This document shows, in pieces, positions 1-12,395 of a DNA stretch of 64,000 nucleotides. The notes beneath the pieces were generated by a model. That model did no database searches and was not told the origin of the DNA. It saw nothing but the letters and a program-made list of their open reading frames with translations. Position numbers and translations under genes: made by a program. Every line of letters starts with the position of its first letter. Positions within the stretch are counted from its first letter, which is position 1. This DNA is from Spongospora subterranea f. sp. subterranea. Taxonomy: Eukaryota. The stretch is from assembly GCA_049724395.1 (NCBI GenBank), contig JAUGWO010000085.1:1-64000 (forward strand), given 5' to 3'.

Positions 1-2
1 GG

Positions 3-2078
3 CAAATATCAGAATGCAAACGGTCACCGGAGTCAACTGCAGACCAAGTTATTCTCGACCCTGATCCGTTACCTCCCGCAGAGAGATTACCTAACGCATT
101 GGACACTACACTTGAGCAAACTGACGACGACCTCATTTCTGAGAACGCTTCTATCTCTCAGTCAGATGCTACATTCAGTTCACAGGATCTACTGTCATCT
201 TCCCACGCATCGCTCACCGAATCAGACCCTGAAGAGGGTGTCAATTCTTTACGAGAAGAACCTATTAGCCAAGTCGTGGATTCAATTGAACCGGCGGTGC
301 GGCGGTCGTCTCGCATCCGTGGTCCTCCGACTGAATTTTGGAAATGTAACGCTGCACGTGTTTTTGGACTGTCACGATCGAATCTTCCAGCAGATGGTGT
401 TGCACTACCCCGACCCGCAATTTCCGAAATTCACGCTTCGTTAGTTTCAATTCCTGCTAATTTGACTGAAGCCCTGAGCAGTCCTCACGCTGGTCATTGG
501 TATGACGCGATTCGAGCTGAGTATCAACAGATGTTAGATTTTCAAACCTGGAGTTTACAAGATTTGCCTCCCGGACGAAAGGCTATCTCGTGTAAATGGG
601 TTTTAACGGTGAAACCAAGCCTTTCTGGGGATGGCTCTATCAGGAAGTTTAAAGCCCGTTTGGTGGTTCGAGGATTCTCACAAAGACATGGAGTTGATTT
701 CGATGAAACCTTTGCCCCTGTTGCTCATCAGGCGTCAATGCGTGTGTTACTTGCTATTGCTGCTCAACACAATCTACAGATCCGACAAATTGATATCGTT
801 GGGGCTTTTCTCAACGGCGACGTACAAGAAGATATTTTTATGCAGCAACCTGAAGGATTTGTTGTTCATGGTCAAGAACATCAAGTTTGCCGATTGAACA
901 AAGCTCTCTATGGATTGAAACAAGCTGGAATGGTTTGGAACTCTAAACTAGACAAATTTTTGACCAAAGACGCTGGACTTAAGAAAGTTAAGGCTGATCC
1001 ATGCATTTATACAAATCGTCGTGATGGCAGTTTTCTAGCTCTCGGAGTCCATGTTGATGACATCCTGTTTGTTCACAACGACACCAACTTCTGTCAAGAA
1101 GTCATCGATCAGCTGTCTTCGAAGTTTGACATCACTGACCTCGGAGTACCAACCAGACTTCTCGGCCTGAGAATTCATCGTGATGAGAAGACCGGGTCAA
1201 TTTCGTTAGACCAAGAGGAATATGTTAAGCAGCTTTTGATGAAGTTCAACATGTTTGATTGCAATCCAACTTCAACTCCTCAGCAACCTGGTGTTCATTT
1301 ATCCTCCCTTTCTTCACCCTCAGAGTCAGAAGATGTACTAGCGATGAAACAAGTTCCCTATGGTGAGCTTGTCGGTAGTTTGATTTGGTTAGCAAGCAAC
1401 ACTCGCCCAGATATCAGCACGGCTGTCGGATCCCTTTGCAGGTTTATTAGCAATCCTGGTAGGCCCCACTGGGTTGCTGCACAGCGGGTTCTTCGTTATT
1501 TGGCAGGAACCACCAGCTTCGGCATCACATATCATCGTCAAGAACAGGGCAGTTCCGATCTCTTTGGTTACTCTGATTCTGATTGGGCAGGTGATCCCGA
1601 CACAAGAAGATCAACTTCAGGTTTTGCCTTCATGCTCGCAGGGGGGCCAGTTTCGTGGAAGTCTAAGCTTCAATCATCCGTCTCTCTATCATCTGTCGAA
1701 GCAGAATATATAGCACTATGTTCCGCAGCAAGGGAAGCGTACTGGCTTCGTCAACTTCTCCAAGAGATCGGCTTTGCATGTCCACAACCCACAGTCGTAT
1801 TCGAGGATAACCGAGGATGCGTCGCTATTAGCAAGAATAATCGTACTGACGCTCGTACAAAGCACATTGACGTCAAATATCACTATACTAGAAAGCTTGT
1901 TGAGGACAGAATTATCGACGTCAAGCCAATATCAACAAAGGAAATGGTTGCCGACGTAATGACAAAGTCGCTCGATACACTGAAGTTTGGTTGGTGTCGC
2001 AACAAGATGGGCATCATAGACACAAGCAACCGAGATACAACCTCGAGGGGACGTGCTGAAATACGAGGTTCTATTTAA
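3..2078 (+). mobile_element. Ty1/copia pol, 3' part (RT + RNase H), open frame, 5'-truncated by window edge
   Basis: KWV..K..KARLVVRGF, DIVGAFLNG, KALYGLKQ, HVDD (RT); YSDSDWAG, EAEY, EDN, KHIDVKYH, ADVMTK (RNase H). Purine tract GAGGGG at 2045-2050, then TG at 2054. Confidence 0.96.
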
Positions 2079-2190
2079 TTCAATATGATGCCCTGTATGA
2101 AGTGAGGTCCCATAACTGCTGAGCACCACGGAGTTTGTATTTATATCTGACGAGATGTCAATAAATAACCACTGCTTTTCTCCATTAATA
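2054..2190 (+). repeat. Probable copia 3' LTR
   Basis: Starts with TG just after the PPT; contains TATA-like TATTTATAT and AATAAA. Right end uncertain because no partner LTR is in the window. Confidence 0.5.
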
Positions 2191-2265
2191 AAGGCCAGGC
2201 ATTAAATTGTCTGAGAGATTTCGGGTACCTTAGCCCAGTTCGACTACCGTCCTACCACTTTAGAA

Positions 2266-2324
2266 TACACAGGCTTACTCAACCCATTAGAACCCGCGAT
2301 TTTTTGTATACCATACCATACCAA
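2266..2324 (+). repeat. SINE/LINE-type 3' tail ending in (TACCA)n
   Basis: 53/59 identical to 5071-5129 by manual alignment. Confidence 0.75.
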
Positions 2325-2429
2325 GCAGTTGCTCTAAGAACTTCGCGATCGCATGCAAGCCAGGGCTCCACGTCAGCCCTCCGTTGTCCATTCCCGTTCC
2401 CCCCAGCATCACTGCCTCTTCGCCATGTT

Positions 2430-4020
2430 TTCCGCTTAATTGGCTATCCCTTATTGCTTGATACTGGTGCGGATGTTTGTGTTATGTCGGTGGACGTGGT
2501 AAAGTGTCTGACCGTCCTCGACATCCCATTCCATCGATGTGCCAGTCCGACTTCCTCGGTTTTTTTCTGTTCACCGACTGTCCCAGTGAAAGTTGAATTC
2601 TGCATTATTGTGCCATCGGTGACCTTCCTCACCATCACCGGTTCCGTGGTGTTACACTCCCTTCGGTTTCAGATTGTGTCATCTTCTCTCAAGGAGGTTC
2701 TCATCTGCAAGCCAGTGTTGGATTATATCGGGCTTAATGTCCAGGATATGTTTGAAACCTTATCTCATTCGAATCCCAAGTTCGATGTGTCCGATGTTCG
2801 TGAATTGTCACCATCTGGTCTTCATCGCGTCGGTTCCATGTCAGATTGGACAGCACAGACTACTTCTTCTGATTCCGACTCGAGGCTTTCCCTGTCGGTG
2901 ATGTTCCACCTGACCTGGTTCACTCGGCAATGCAAGAGGTGGTGTCACAGTCGGACCTATTGGCAACTCATGAAAAAGTCCAGCTATTGTCGCTATTAAC
3001 GGATTTTGTTTTCCGCATCGGCCTCAACAACGCGCCTCCAATGGATGTACCCCCATGACTGTCGAGCTCCTGCCAGGAGTGAACTCCATTCGCTGTCCAC
3101 TGTGTCGTCACTCCCCGTTGCCACGACAGTTTCTTCTCGATACGACACAAAAACTCCAAGATTGCGGCTGTCTGTTTCTTAATCCTGCATCACCTCTTGC
3201 TTCCCGTGCCTCTGCTACCCCCAAGCCCTCTCAGCCGGGACAGTTCCGCCTCACTGTAGACCTGCGACGTGTCAACGCTGTTTCGAAACCGTACCTCTGG
3301 CCATCATTAGACATTGAATCTGTTTCCACTCGGTTGTCGGAGTCGCGGGTATTTTCTTCTTTAGATGCCGACAATGGATATTGGCAAATTCCGTTACATC
3401 CTTCGGCGCAGGAGAACTTCTCTGTTATGTTGCCTCATGGTTTTTTTCCTCAACACGATCTTTACAAGGTTCCGTTGACGGCGTGGTTTGGGGCAAGCAT
3501 GCATCATGTGTTCGGCGCACTTTCCGGCGTTGAAATTAACATCGATGGCATTCTGATTCATTCATTTGATATTCAATCTCATTTTCCTCTCCTTCGTCAT
3601 GTGTTTTTGAAAGCCCGCACTCATCGAGTTCAGCTCGCAATACGCAAAGCCAAGTTGTTTCGTTCCGAAACACCATTCTATGAGAAATTATATTCCAAGA
3701 CTGGAGTTCGTCATGATCCCTCCCGCATCTCCGGCATCATTAATCTACCACCTCCTACGACGGCAGCCGACTTAATGCAATTCCTTTGTTCCATCAATTG
3801 GCTTCGTTCCAGTCTGCCACAATATAGCGACTTAGTTGCGCCGCTACAGTTCACTTGCTGCATTCTTGTTTGGCTCTCACCGTCCGTCGAACATCTCGTG
3901 AAGCCGCGAAGATTTCCCTCTCGCAATTATGGACGGACGCCCACTCTGATTGCTGGTCCACGGTCCGTTCAGCTCTGAAGCACTGGTTCAGTTATCCCAC
4001 CTCCGACCCGATTCGACGGT
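2430..4020 (+). pseudogene. Degenerate Ty3/gypsy pol (protease + RT)
   Basis: LLDTGAD (protease), FRLTVDLRRVN, SLDADNGYWQIPL, decayed NIDG in place of YxDD; frameshifts. Confidence 0.85.
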
Positions 4021-4229
4021 TAATTTTTTTTAAACGAGACTAAAGAGTTGATCAACTTAAGAAGTGAGTTTATTCAGCGGATGATTGCCAGATTGCACTC
4101 CCCTCCCCCAGCGTTGATCCAGCAATTGGTCACTGTAAGCCAATGGCTGGAAAGTCCGGCCGGACAGTCCTCTCCGTCGCCAAGCTCCGCCGAGCGACAT
4201 CATCACTGTCATGCCCACAGCTCGACGAC

Positions 4230-4700
4230 TCAACGGTAATTTCAACACGGACATCTGTGGCGGGCGACTCTGAGTCCAACGGTCTTGCTGAACGTTTGAT
4301 CTGCACTCTCACTGACATTGCAATGAGCCTTTTTGCTCACGCTCATTTATTTACCAATAGCATGTTTTTGCTGGGCTATTTCTACTGCAGCACATATCTA
4401 CAATCGCAGACCACATTCGTCGCTCAATAACAAATGACCCCATTTCAAGCTCTTCGTCAAGCTAAACTGGATTTACGCTATCTACGAATTTTTGGCTGCA
4501 CTGCATACCGCCGGATTTCGGAACATACTCAGACAAAACCAAGCTTTCGCTCCCACAAAATGGTTTTATTGGATATGCAGCCTCCCAGAAAGCATACATT
4601 CTGGTTGACCCTGTGGACAACGAGCAATATACCAGCCGAGACGTCGAGTTCGATGAAGAAAATTTTTCTTTCGGCTTTGGGAGAGCTGCGGCGACACCCA
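4230..4700 (+). pseudogene. Degenerate copia integrase C-terminal fragment
   Basis: SNGLAERLICTL, TPFQAL...LRIFGCTAY and SRDVEFDE-like motifs spread over several frames. Confidence 0.8.
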
Positions 4701-4705
4701 TTGCT

Positions 4706-5128
4706 AGCTTGGTTCCTGTCTGTCCCTGTTGGTGGCAGGCATGTCCGGGTGAGTGTTAGGCATGAGTTCGAAACACCGTGAGTGATGGAATTTTGGGAGA
4801 CCCCACAAGGTTGCATCCAATACGGAAAAGTAGAGTGAATGTTGAGCATGAAGGTCAGACCACATGGCCTTTAATGAATGTGGGAGAGCGGGCTGCGTGC
4901 AGTAAACTCGGAATCTCTGGATAGGCAATATAATCGGGTGGGGGCGGATCCGACACTCGGTGTGGTCGTTAGGACAGGTTATGTTGCTGAATCCAGCTGG
5001 TCTAATAGGTTCCTTTAGTGGATACCCAAGCTAGTTGTATCGGCCAGGCGGAAGTAGGGAAAACCAGGTGTACACAGGATTACTCATCCCATAAGAACCC
5101 GCGAACCTTTGTATACCATACCATACCA
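4706..5128 (+). mobile_element. SINE-like element, divergent member with (TACCA)n tail
   Basis: Head AGCTTGGTTCCTGTCTGTCCCTGTTGGTGGCAGG...GAGTTCGAAAC aligns with the heads at 6756(+) and 9591(-); tandem-repeat tail; no TSD found. Confidence 0.65.
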
Positions 5129-5489
5129 ATGAAGTAGCCCCCCCGATCTTAGTTTGTTGAACCGCAAAATGACACGTTTCGATGCCACTGGCGATAGGTG
5201 AAACGTTCGATTATTTTCGGATTCACGTCGACATAACTGCCTAAATTCTTCCACAAGCTGGGGGATGTGCATTGTGCAATCGACATCTGCCCAATGCCTG
5301 CAATATAACAGCCAGTTGCAGCCTGTTGAAAGACGAATATGATACCCCTTTGGTCCGGGCATTGAACCCTTCATTGGGGTTGTTGGTGGACGATCGTCCT
5401 GGTTCCGTATAATGCACAGCCCATCGCGAGAACCTACCATGTAGCATTGAGTTTCAAAATACTGGGCAAACCGCTGGACTGCAGGAGGA

Positions 5490-5702
5490 TGTAACATATG
5501 TGTCAACGTATTGACCCTATGTTATAGCCTACGACAGGCTACCCTATTGTATTGGATATAGCTGGCAACGGAGTTCCTGACGGACTTTACGGACCAGATA
5601 TCGGATCTAATACACAGAGAGTATATTGGCTCGGAATAGGAACATCTATTGTGTGGCATCTATAGTAATCCACCTGACCAGTGTATACCGATGTATGTTA
5701 CA
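5490..5702 (+). repeat. 5' LTR (213 bp)
   Basis: About 3 substitutions and 1 indel relative to 12182-12395. Confidence 0.97.
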
Positions 5703-6755
5703 AAGAATTCTTTGGTATGAAAATGTATGTCATTTTATACAAAGGGAAGGATAGATCAGGGACGACACCGGGTGTCAGAAATGGCATGGACTGGTTGATA
5801 CTGATTGTTGGATGATTCGTATTTATACAATAGTTGTGTATTACGAATAGTGTCTGTTATGTATGATGGACACATGGACTCGACAACGTTAGCAACAGAT
5901 TCAAAACCTGTTGGTTGTGGGTAGACTAGGGACAGTCAACGGTCAACAAATCGGTGATTTGAACGACCAGGTCAGAGCAGGACCATGGGATCGGCAAGTT
6001 TCAGACAACGAAACTCCGTGAAAAACTGCGACAGTAGAGGGCTGCGGCACAGTGCCGTTAGAGATATGCCACAGATTCCAGGAAACTGCAACCCGAGGTG
6101 AGACAATGCCCGGCGTCAGAAAAAAACGTTAAGCATAAGAATGGAAAGTTCTTATGTCTGTGTTGCGGTTTGGAGGGACATAGTATGTCCAAGTGTCCAC
6201 AGAAACCATCGAAGACAGAGATGGAATCGCTCTTGGTTAAACACAAAGACAAAATGAAAGTTTTGTTTAAGAATAAACCATACAGCGATGGACAGTATAT
6301 GAGGATTTGTCGGATTGGAGTTGCTAGCATAGAGAGCCAACAGAACGGTGATCTTTATGTCAGGACTACGACAGAATCCAACAGTAGTGATTTCTACAAA
6401 GTGTCAGAAATGCTCGAACCGTCAACTGCAGACAATCAGTTGAGTGTTAGAGTGTCGACTGCAGGAATGATATTTCCAGGGTTATTAGACAGTGGTACAT
6501 AGTTGACAGTTATACCGATGAGCATTGCGAAGAAAGCGCAGAGGCTCGATGATAAGATCGGTATAAGGAAACTGGCAAAGGCAATTAAGTTAATATTGCC
6601 AGATGTCTTCTAAGACAGTGGCGGAAGCAACACATGAGATGTTGGCTGATCTGGCCCTGTATACAGCAACGGGCGAACTGATCATTCGGAACCGGAGATG
6701 TTTGCTGTGGGATTCACCATTAGATGAAATATTGCTAGGTGAAGATTTAAGATTT

Positions 6756-8052
6756 AGCTTGGTTCTGGTCTGTCCCGGTTGGTGGCAGGTTAGGACCAAG
6801 TCAGTGTGAGACTTGAGTTCGAAAACCCCGTGGGCAGGGATTTTGGGGAATACCCTAAGAGCATCTCCACCGGTCTCTCTATCTGTATCTCTAAAATATC
6901 GCGTTTGGAGAGTCAAAATGTGCGTGATTCGATGTATAGCCAGACGTGCACACACCGGTGCACTCTCTATCTCTATATTTCATCATGACTGTTAACGCAT
7001 TTGTCAGCCTTTTTCTGCAATGGGATAAGCTCGATTCCGACAGCGAAGATGATGACCAACGCATCAATGGAGGTTCTGCTCCAGGACGGTCTGGAAGCAT
7101 CAACAGGGATCGGATCTTAGGTCACAATCGATTATATGCCGACTATTTTGCTGCAGAACCCAGTGTATACGCCAGCTCAATTTCGTCGACGATATCGAAT
7201 GCGACGAGACTTGTTTCTACGAATCCAACAGCGTGTCGTTGAGACGGATTCATATTTTCGGCAACGTCGCGATGCCACTGGATGTCGGACTCAAATTGCA
7301 AGGCAACCTTTCGCCAAAATGTATCGGCCTGCTGATCTGCGCCGTTAATCGGATCGCATGAAACAGCCAGCCAGCAAGAAGCAAGCATAGCGCTCTCTCC
7401 TGGCCGGAAATTCTTGCCCCGTTTGACAACAGTTGTTTCCACAGCTGCAGGTACGAGGTCCATTGGCGAAGCAACGAGGAAACCTCTATGAGCGTAGTCC
7501 GGATGAAATCTGCGCGACTGCGCATTTCTGTTTTAGAGATTCTCTACTCGACTCTCTATTTTGGAGAGGATTATGACAATCTCTAACATTTAGAGAGACG
7601 AATTTGAAGATAGAAAGACCGGTGGATGTCCGTGGCTCTCTAAACCGCGCAGTATTCCTGTTTAGAGATTCAGATAGAGAGACCGGTGGAGATGCTCTAA
7701 GGTTGGCCAGCTAATACGGAAGTAGAGCGCAGGTTGTTGAGCATGCGAGGAACGAACCTCTTGAAAAATAGACAGCTGATTTGTAATGATGCGACTTGGG
7801 TTCAAGGCATTGTGGTGTTCCGTACAGGGAATTTCCCCCGTGTCCAACCATTGGTTAGGGGGTTTTAGTGAGTCGGGTCATGGGATCAACCTCACACTAT
7901 CACAATGTCGGTCAGACTGCAGAACATTCAGCGAAGGTAATATTGTCTAGCGAATGAGCTTTGACACCAAGTTCGTCTTGGCCCTCTTGTAGATATGGGT
8001 ACTACAAACCTGGCACCAAAATGCCGAACACAATAAAAAAAGAAAAAAAAAA
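6756..8052 (+). mobile_element. SINE-like retroposon copy A (poly-A tail), interrupted by a Harbinger derivative
   Basis: 13-bp TSD TAGGTGAAGATTT (6736-6748, 8053-8065), A-tail, B-box-like GAGTTCGAAAAC. Confidence 0.88.
6859..7697. mobile_element. Non-autonomous PIF/Harbinger (Pong-like) deletion derivative
   Basis: 37-bp TIRs GAGCATCTCCACCGGTCTCTCTATCTG... (1 mismatch), TAA TSD; transposase N-terminus (GGSAPGR..RDR..GHNRLYADYF..FRRRYRM) on + and Myb/SANT-like remnant (RGKNF..WLAVSCDPING..FW) on -. Confidence 0.93.
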
Positions 8053-9114
8053 TAGGTGAAGATTTGTTGAAAGAGCTGGGGATAAGTCCTAAGGATGCTC
8101 TAGAGTCGCTAATTCTAAGAAGACATTAGGCGCCAACAATGAGGATAATATCAGTCATTGGGATTTGTACAACGATGAGGATATTATTTTTGGGGAAGAT
8201 TTCCCAGAAGACAGTTTGAAGTCAATGGAAGACATGATGTCTCGTGCTGTTGATAACGGATTGCCTATAGAATGGCAAAGTCGACTAAGGAAGTTGATAT
8301 GGAAGTATCAAACTGTTTGGAGAAGGTCGGTGGGACCTGATCCACCTGCAAATGTCACTCCTTTCGTAACGAACCTGAGGGAGGGAGTTGATCCTGTCAG
8401 GTGCAAATCCCGACGGTACAGCAAGGAACATAGTGAGTTCCTGGCGACATTTGTCAGCCTTCTGGAGAAATATGGATTGGTTTATGAAAACTACAACTGT
8501 GAGTGGGCCTCTTCGGTTGTGGTGGTCAGAAAACCCGGTGGTAAAGGATTACGTATGGTGGTTGATTTGCGAGAAGTCAACGCTCTATGCAAGGCAACTG
8601 CATGGCCCATGCCGTTTCTTGAATCAATAGTCAAGCATTTGGGTGGCTCCAAATATTGGTTTTCTCTAGACGCTTTCAAAGGTTTCTGGATGATGCCACT
8701 TGACGCCGATTGCAAAGAAATGTTTTCTTTTATGACTGATCGAGGGGTTTACACTCCAACGAGATCCATTCAGGGACCACTGAATTCTGCCACACAGTTC
8801 CAAGCTAGAATGCATGAGATATATAGGGAACTGCTGTATCAATCATTAATAATATGGATTGATGATAGAAACGACACTTAAATTGGCACAGGAACACGAT
8901 ATTAAATTCAACTTAGAGAAGTGTGAATTGTTCCAGATTAAGGCCAAATTCTGTGGAAGAATATTCACTCCTGAGGGTGTGAGGCATGATCCGGCTAGAG
9001 TTGAGGCATTAGTAAATATGCAGAAGCCAACGACAGCGCGAGACTTGCAACAGTTTGTTATGGCTATTCAATGGATGAGTAGTGCCATTCCAGATTATAA
9101 TAGATTAGTTCTGC

Positions 9115-9591
9115 TTTTTTTTTTTTTTTTTTTGTGATTGAGTTCGCATTTTTCATGCAGGTTTGCCGGTCCCTTGGCTATCGGGCCAAGATTCACTTTT
9201 TCGGCTCTCGCCTCTAAAGCTCCTCCCAGTAGCAAGCTCGCACTTGCAATAGATACCTTCGCTGAATGTTCTGCAGTCTGACCGACATTGTAGTAGTGTG
9301 AGGTTGATCCCATGACCTGACTCACTAAAAACCCCCTTACCATTAGGACACGGGGGAAAACTTCCCTTACGGAACACCACAATGCCTTGAACCCAAGTCG
9401 CATCATTACAAATCAGCTGTCTATTTTTCCAGAGGTTCGTTCCTGCCATGCTCAACCTTCGCTCTACTTCCGTATTAGCTGGCCAACCTTAGGGTGTTCC
9501 CCAAAATCCCTGCCCACGGGGTTTTCGAACTCAAGTCTCACACTGACCTGGTCCTAACCTGCCACCAACCGGGACAGACCAGAACCAAGCT
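9115..9591 (-). mobile_element. SINE-like retroposon copy B (uninterrupted, ~477 bp)
   Basis: TSD (T)AGATTAGTTCTGC at ~9101-9114 and ~9591-9604; poly-T on +; reverse complement matches copy A over ~340 bp. Confidence 0.9.
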
Positions 9592-12181
9592 AGATTAGTT
9601 CTGCCATTGCAGAATATCTATGAAAACGCAATGAAAGGTCAGCCTAAAAGGATCAAATCGGTGGCCAAGGGAATTTCATTGAGCGCGTTTGGTTGGAATG
9701 CAGTTCATGATGAAGCATTCAGCAGTATGAAAGCTGCGATCAGTAGACTAACTCAGCTGAACTATCCTGACGAGAATATGGTTCAATGTGTGTTCACTGA
9801 TGCGAGTCAATATCATAGTTCTGGTATGGTGACACAGATTCCACATGAGGACGTTGGGAAACTGCCGTTCCATGATCAGAGACATGAACCGTTGGGATTC
9901 TGCGGACACAGATTCCATGAATCAGAATTGAACTGGTCTACGCCAGATAAGGAAGCATTCGCTATCTGGGACACAGTTAGGAAATTGGACTATTTAGTTC
10001 AATCTTCTAAACCCTTTCTGCTTTTTACGGATCATAGGAATTTGACTTCCATGTATAATCCTAAAAGTGCACGAAGCAAGCTGGGGAACGCTTGGAAAGA
10101 TGGGGTATGGATCTCAGATCATTTAGATTCAACATCGAACATATACCAGGAGACATGAATGTCTGGGCTGATATGATGACTCGATGGGGGGCTGCATTAT
10201 CAAAATCAGACATTGATAATGGCCTAAAGGGATCTGGATGCGGTTCTGAGAGATGCAATAGGATTACAGTTAATCGTCGTACTCAAAGGAGTAATGGATC
10301 GATAACTGATGAATCTGAGCATGTTGAGAATGATATCGATCATGATGCTAGGATAGACCCAACTGATGCATCACTTGGACCTCAAAACTTCAAGGATCAA
10401 TTTCGGACTCAACCCATGAGTAAGTTGGTGTGGCCAACTGTTGATGAGATTACTCAAGAGCAGAGTAATTGGATTAAGGGTCGAGTCAGGGATTCCTTAA
10501 TCTTGAATTCAGATGGGCTGTTGCTAAATCACTCAGACAAAGTGGTTATCCCAGATGAATGTGACAATCTAAAGACTAGATTGTGTTATTTCCCATGTTG
10601 GGGCAAATTGTGGACATTATGGAATTAATGTAGTAATCAAACTACTACAAGAACAATTTCATTAAAAATCGATGATCGATGATGTCACATCTATATGTAA
10701 CTTGTGTTTACATTGCATTCCTACCAGAAGAGGGAAGAGAATCCCACGACCTTTTGGTGAAGCATGTCATGGAACTAGACCAAATCAAGTATTGCACTTT
10801 GATTTCATGTATATAATGCCTAGAGTGAAAGGATCATATCATGAGTTTGAATGGGTTCTAGTTATTGTAGATGACTTGTCAGGTTTGGTTCACTTGACAC
10901 CAGCAGTGACTCCTGATACGGAGACGACTGTTGATGCGTTGATGGAATGGCGATCAAAGTTTGGAACATCAGAGGTGTATGTTTCAGATCAAGCTTCTTA
11001 CTTTCTATCAGAAGTAATGAGGAGCTTTGCCAAGAAAGCGGGTGTGGAACAACATTGGACCACAGCGTATATTCACTATCCTAACGGGACAGTTGAGGTT
11101 GTGAATAAGGCACTGAAGTCTTTATTTCAAGCTCTGATTTCAGAGTTGAAATGGAATAAAGAGAATTGGCCATGGTTGTTGAAAGCAATAGAACATGCTA
11201 TCAACCATCGACCAAAGAAGAGACTGGGGTGGAAAGCACCAGTAACGGTTCATACGGGATTAAAGAGTGATAATCCGCTGGAACTTATCTTCAAAAAGCC
11301 TGGAGAGAACCTGGGTAAATGTCAGATGACAACAGAACAAATTGTCAGCAGAACTGAGACATCAGAGAGTGCTATGGAACAGCTGCACAAAGAAGTTGCG
11401 GCTATTACGAGTTCTGAACGGACCCAGAATCGTAAGTTGCCAAAGACAAGGAAACCTCGGCAAAGACCAAATTTTGGTGTCGGAGATTTCGTCTTATGTA
11501 GCCCTGATGTTGAGAAGTCTGGACAGAAGCTCTTTCAGAGATGGAGAGGGTCATATCAGATTTTTGTTGAGAATAACAATGGATATGTGTTTACTGTCAT
11601 GAACTTAGTTGATAAGTCAATGCGGAAAGTTCATGGAGATAAAATCCGATTTTATGACGATTCAGAGATGAATGTTACTGAGGAGATTAAGAAAATGGTT
11701 GGGATTTTCAGAGACCGAAAATTCCTGGGAGCCATTAGAGCAAGTTGCTCAGGATGCAAGGACATTGGTCCAAGAATTCTTGATTGCAAACAAAACTCAT
11801 TCACTGAGAAGTCAGATTGAGGTTTTGTTAGAGAAATTGATGGACAAATCAATTAATGTGGTTGCTTCACCAGAGTTGAAGTGTAAGGCCAAGTCATATC
11901 CCAGGCGTCGGAAACTGAGAGCCCACAGTTAGCCTACGATATGATTGAAGCAGTGTTGCGATATTATTATGATTGGATGAGGATTCATTCATGGTCTCTA
12001 ACAAGATAGTCAGTGAGGACTAGATTGATATCAGAAACGATATTGATTAGGGAAAGTATAACCTACTTGTAAAAGATTCCTATTTTTTTGCATAATAATT
12101 ATAGACGCAACCTGGTTTCAGGAAATTTCGGATTTTTATCTAAAATTTTCATGGGTGGGGCATTTCTTTTAAAGAAGGAAG

Positions 12182-12395
12182 TGTAACATATGTGTCAACG
12201 TATTGATCCTATGTTATAGCCTACGACAGGCTACCCTATTGTATTGGATATAGCTGGCAACGGAGTTCCTGACGGACTTTACGGACCAGATATCGGATCT
12301 AATACACAGAGAGTATATTGGCTCGGAATAGGGAATATCTATTGTGTGGCATCTATAGTAATCCACCTGACCAGTGTATACCGATGGATGTTACA
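12182..12395 (+). repeat. 3' LTR (214 bp)
   Basis: Matches 5490-5702; preceded by PPT, followed by TSD. Confidence 0.97.

Larger units (their letters stand above)
5490..12395 (+). mobile_element. Ty3/gypsy LTR retrotransposon with both LTRs, inactivated
   Basis: LTRs TGTAACA...TGTTACA at 5490-5702 and 12182-12395; 5-bp TSD GAGGA (5485-5489, 12396-12400); PPT AAAGAAGGAAG; Gag CCHC knuckle, LDSGT protease, WIDD RT, FTDAS RNase H, integrase, chromodomain remnant KWLGF..ENSWEP; stops and frameshifts. Confidence 0.97.

Noticed and set aside
6756..6830. Functional tRNA gene at the SINE head
   Set aside because: B-box-like word present, but I could not build a cloverleaf or acceptor stem.
9095..9455. 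ORFs within SINE copy B
   Set aside because: Frames are not preserved in copy A; incidental.
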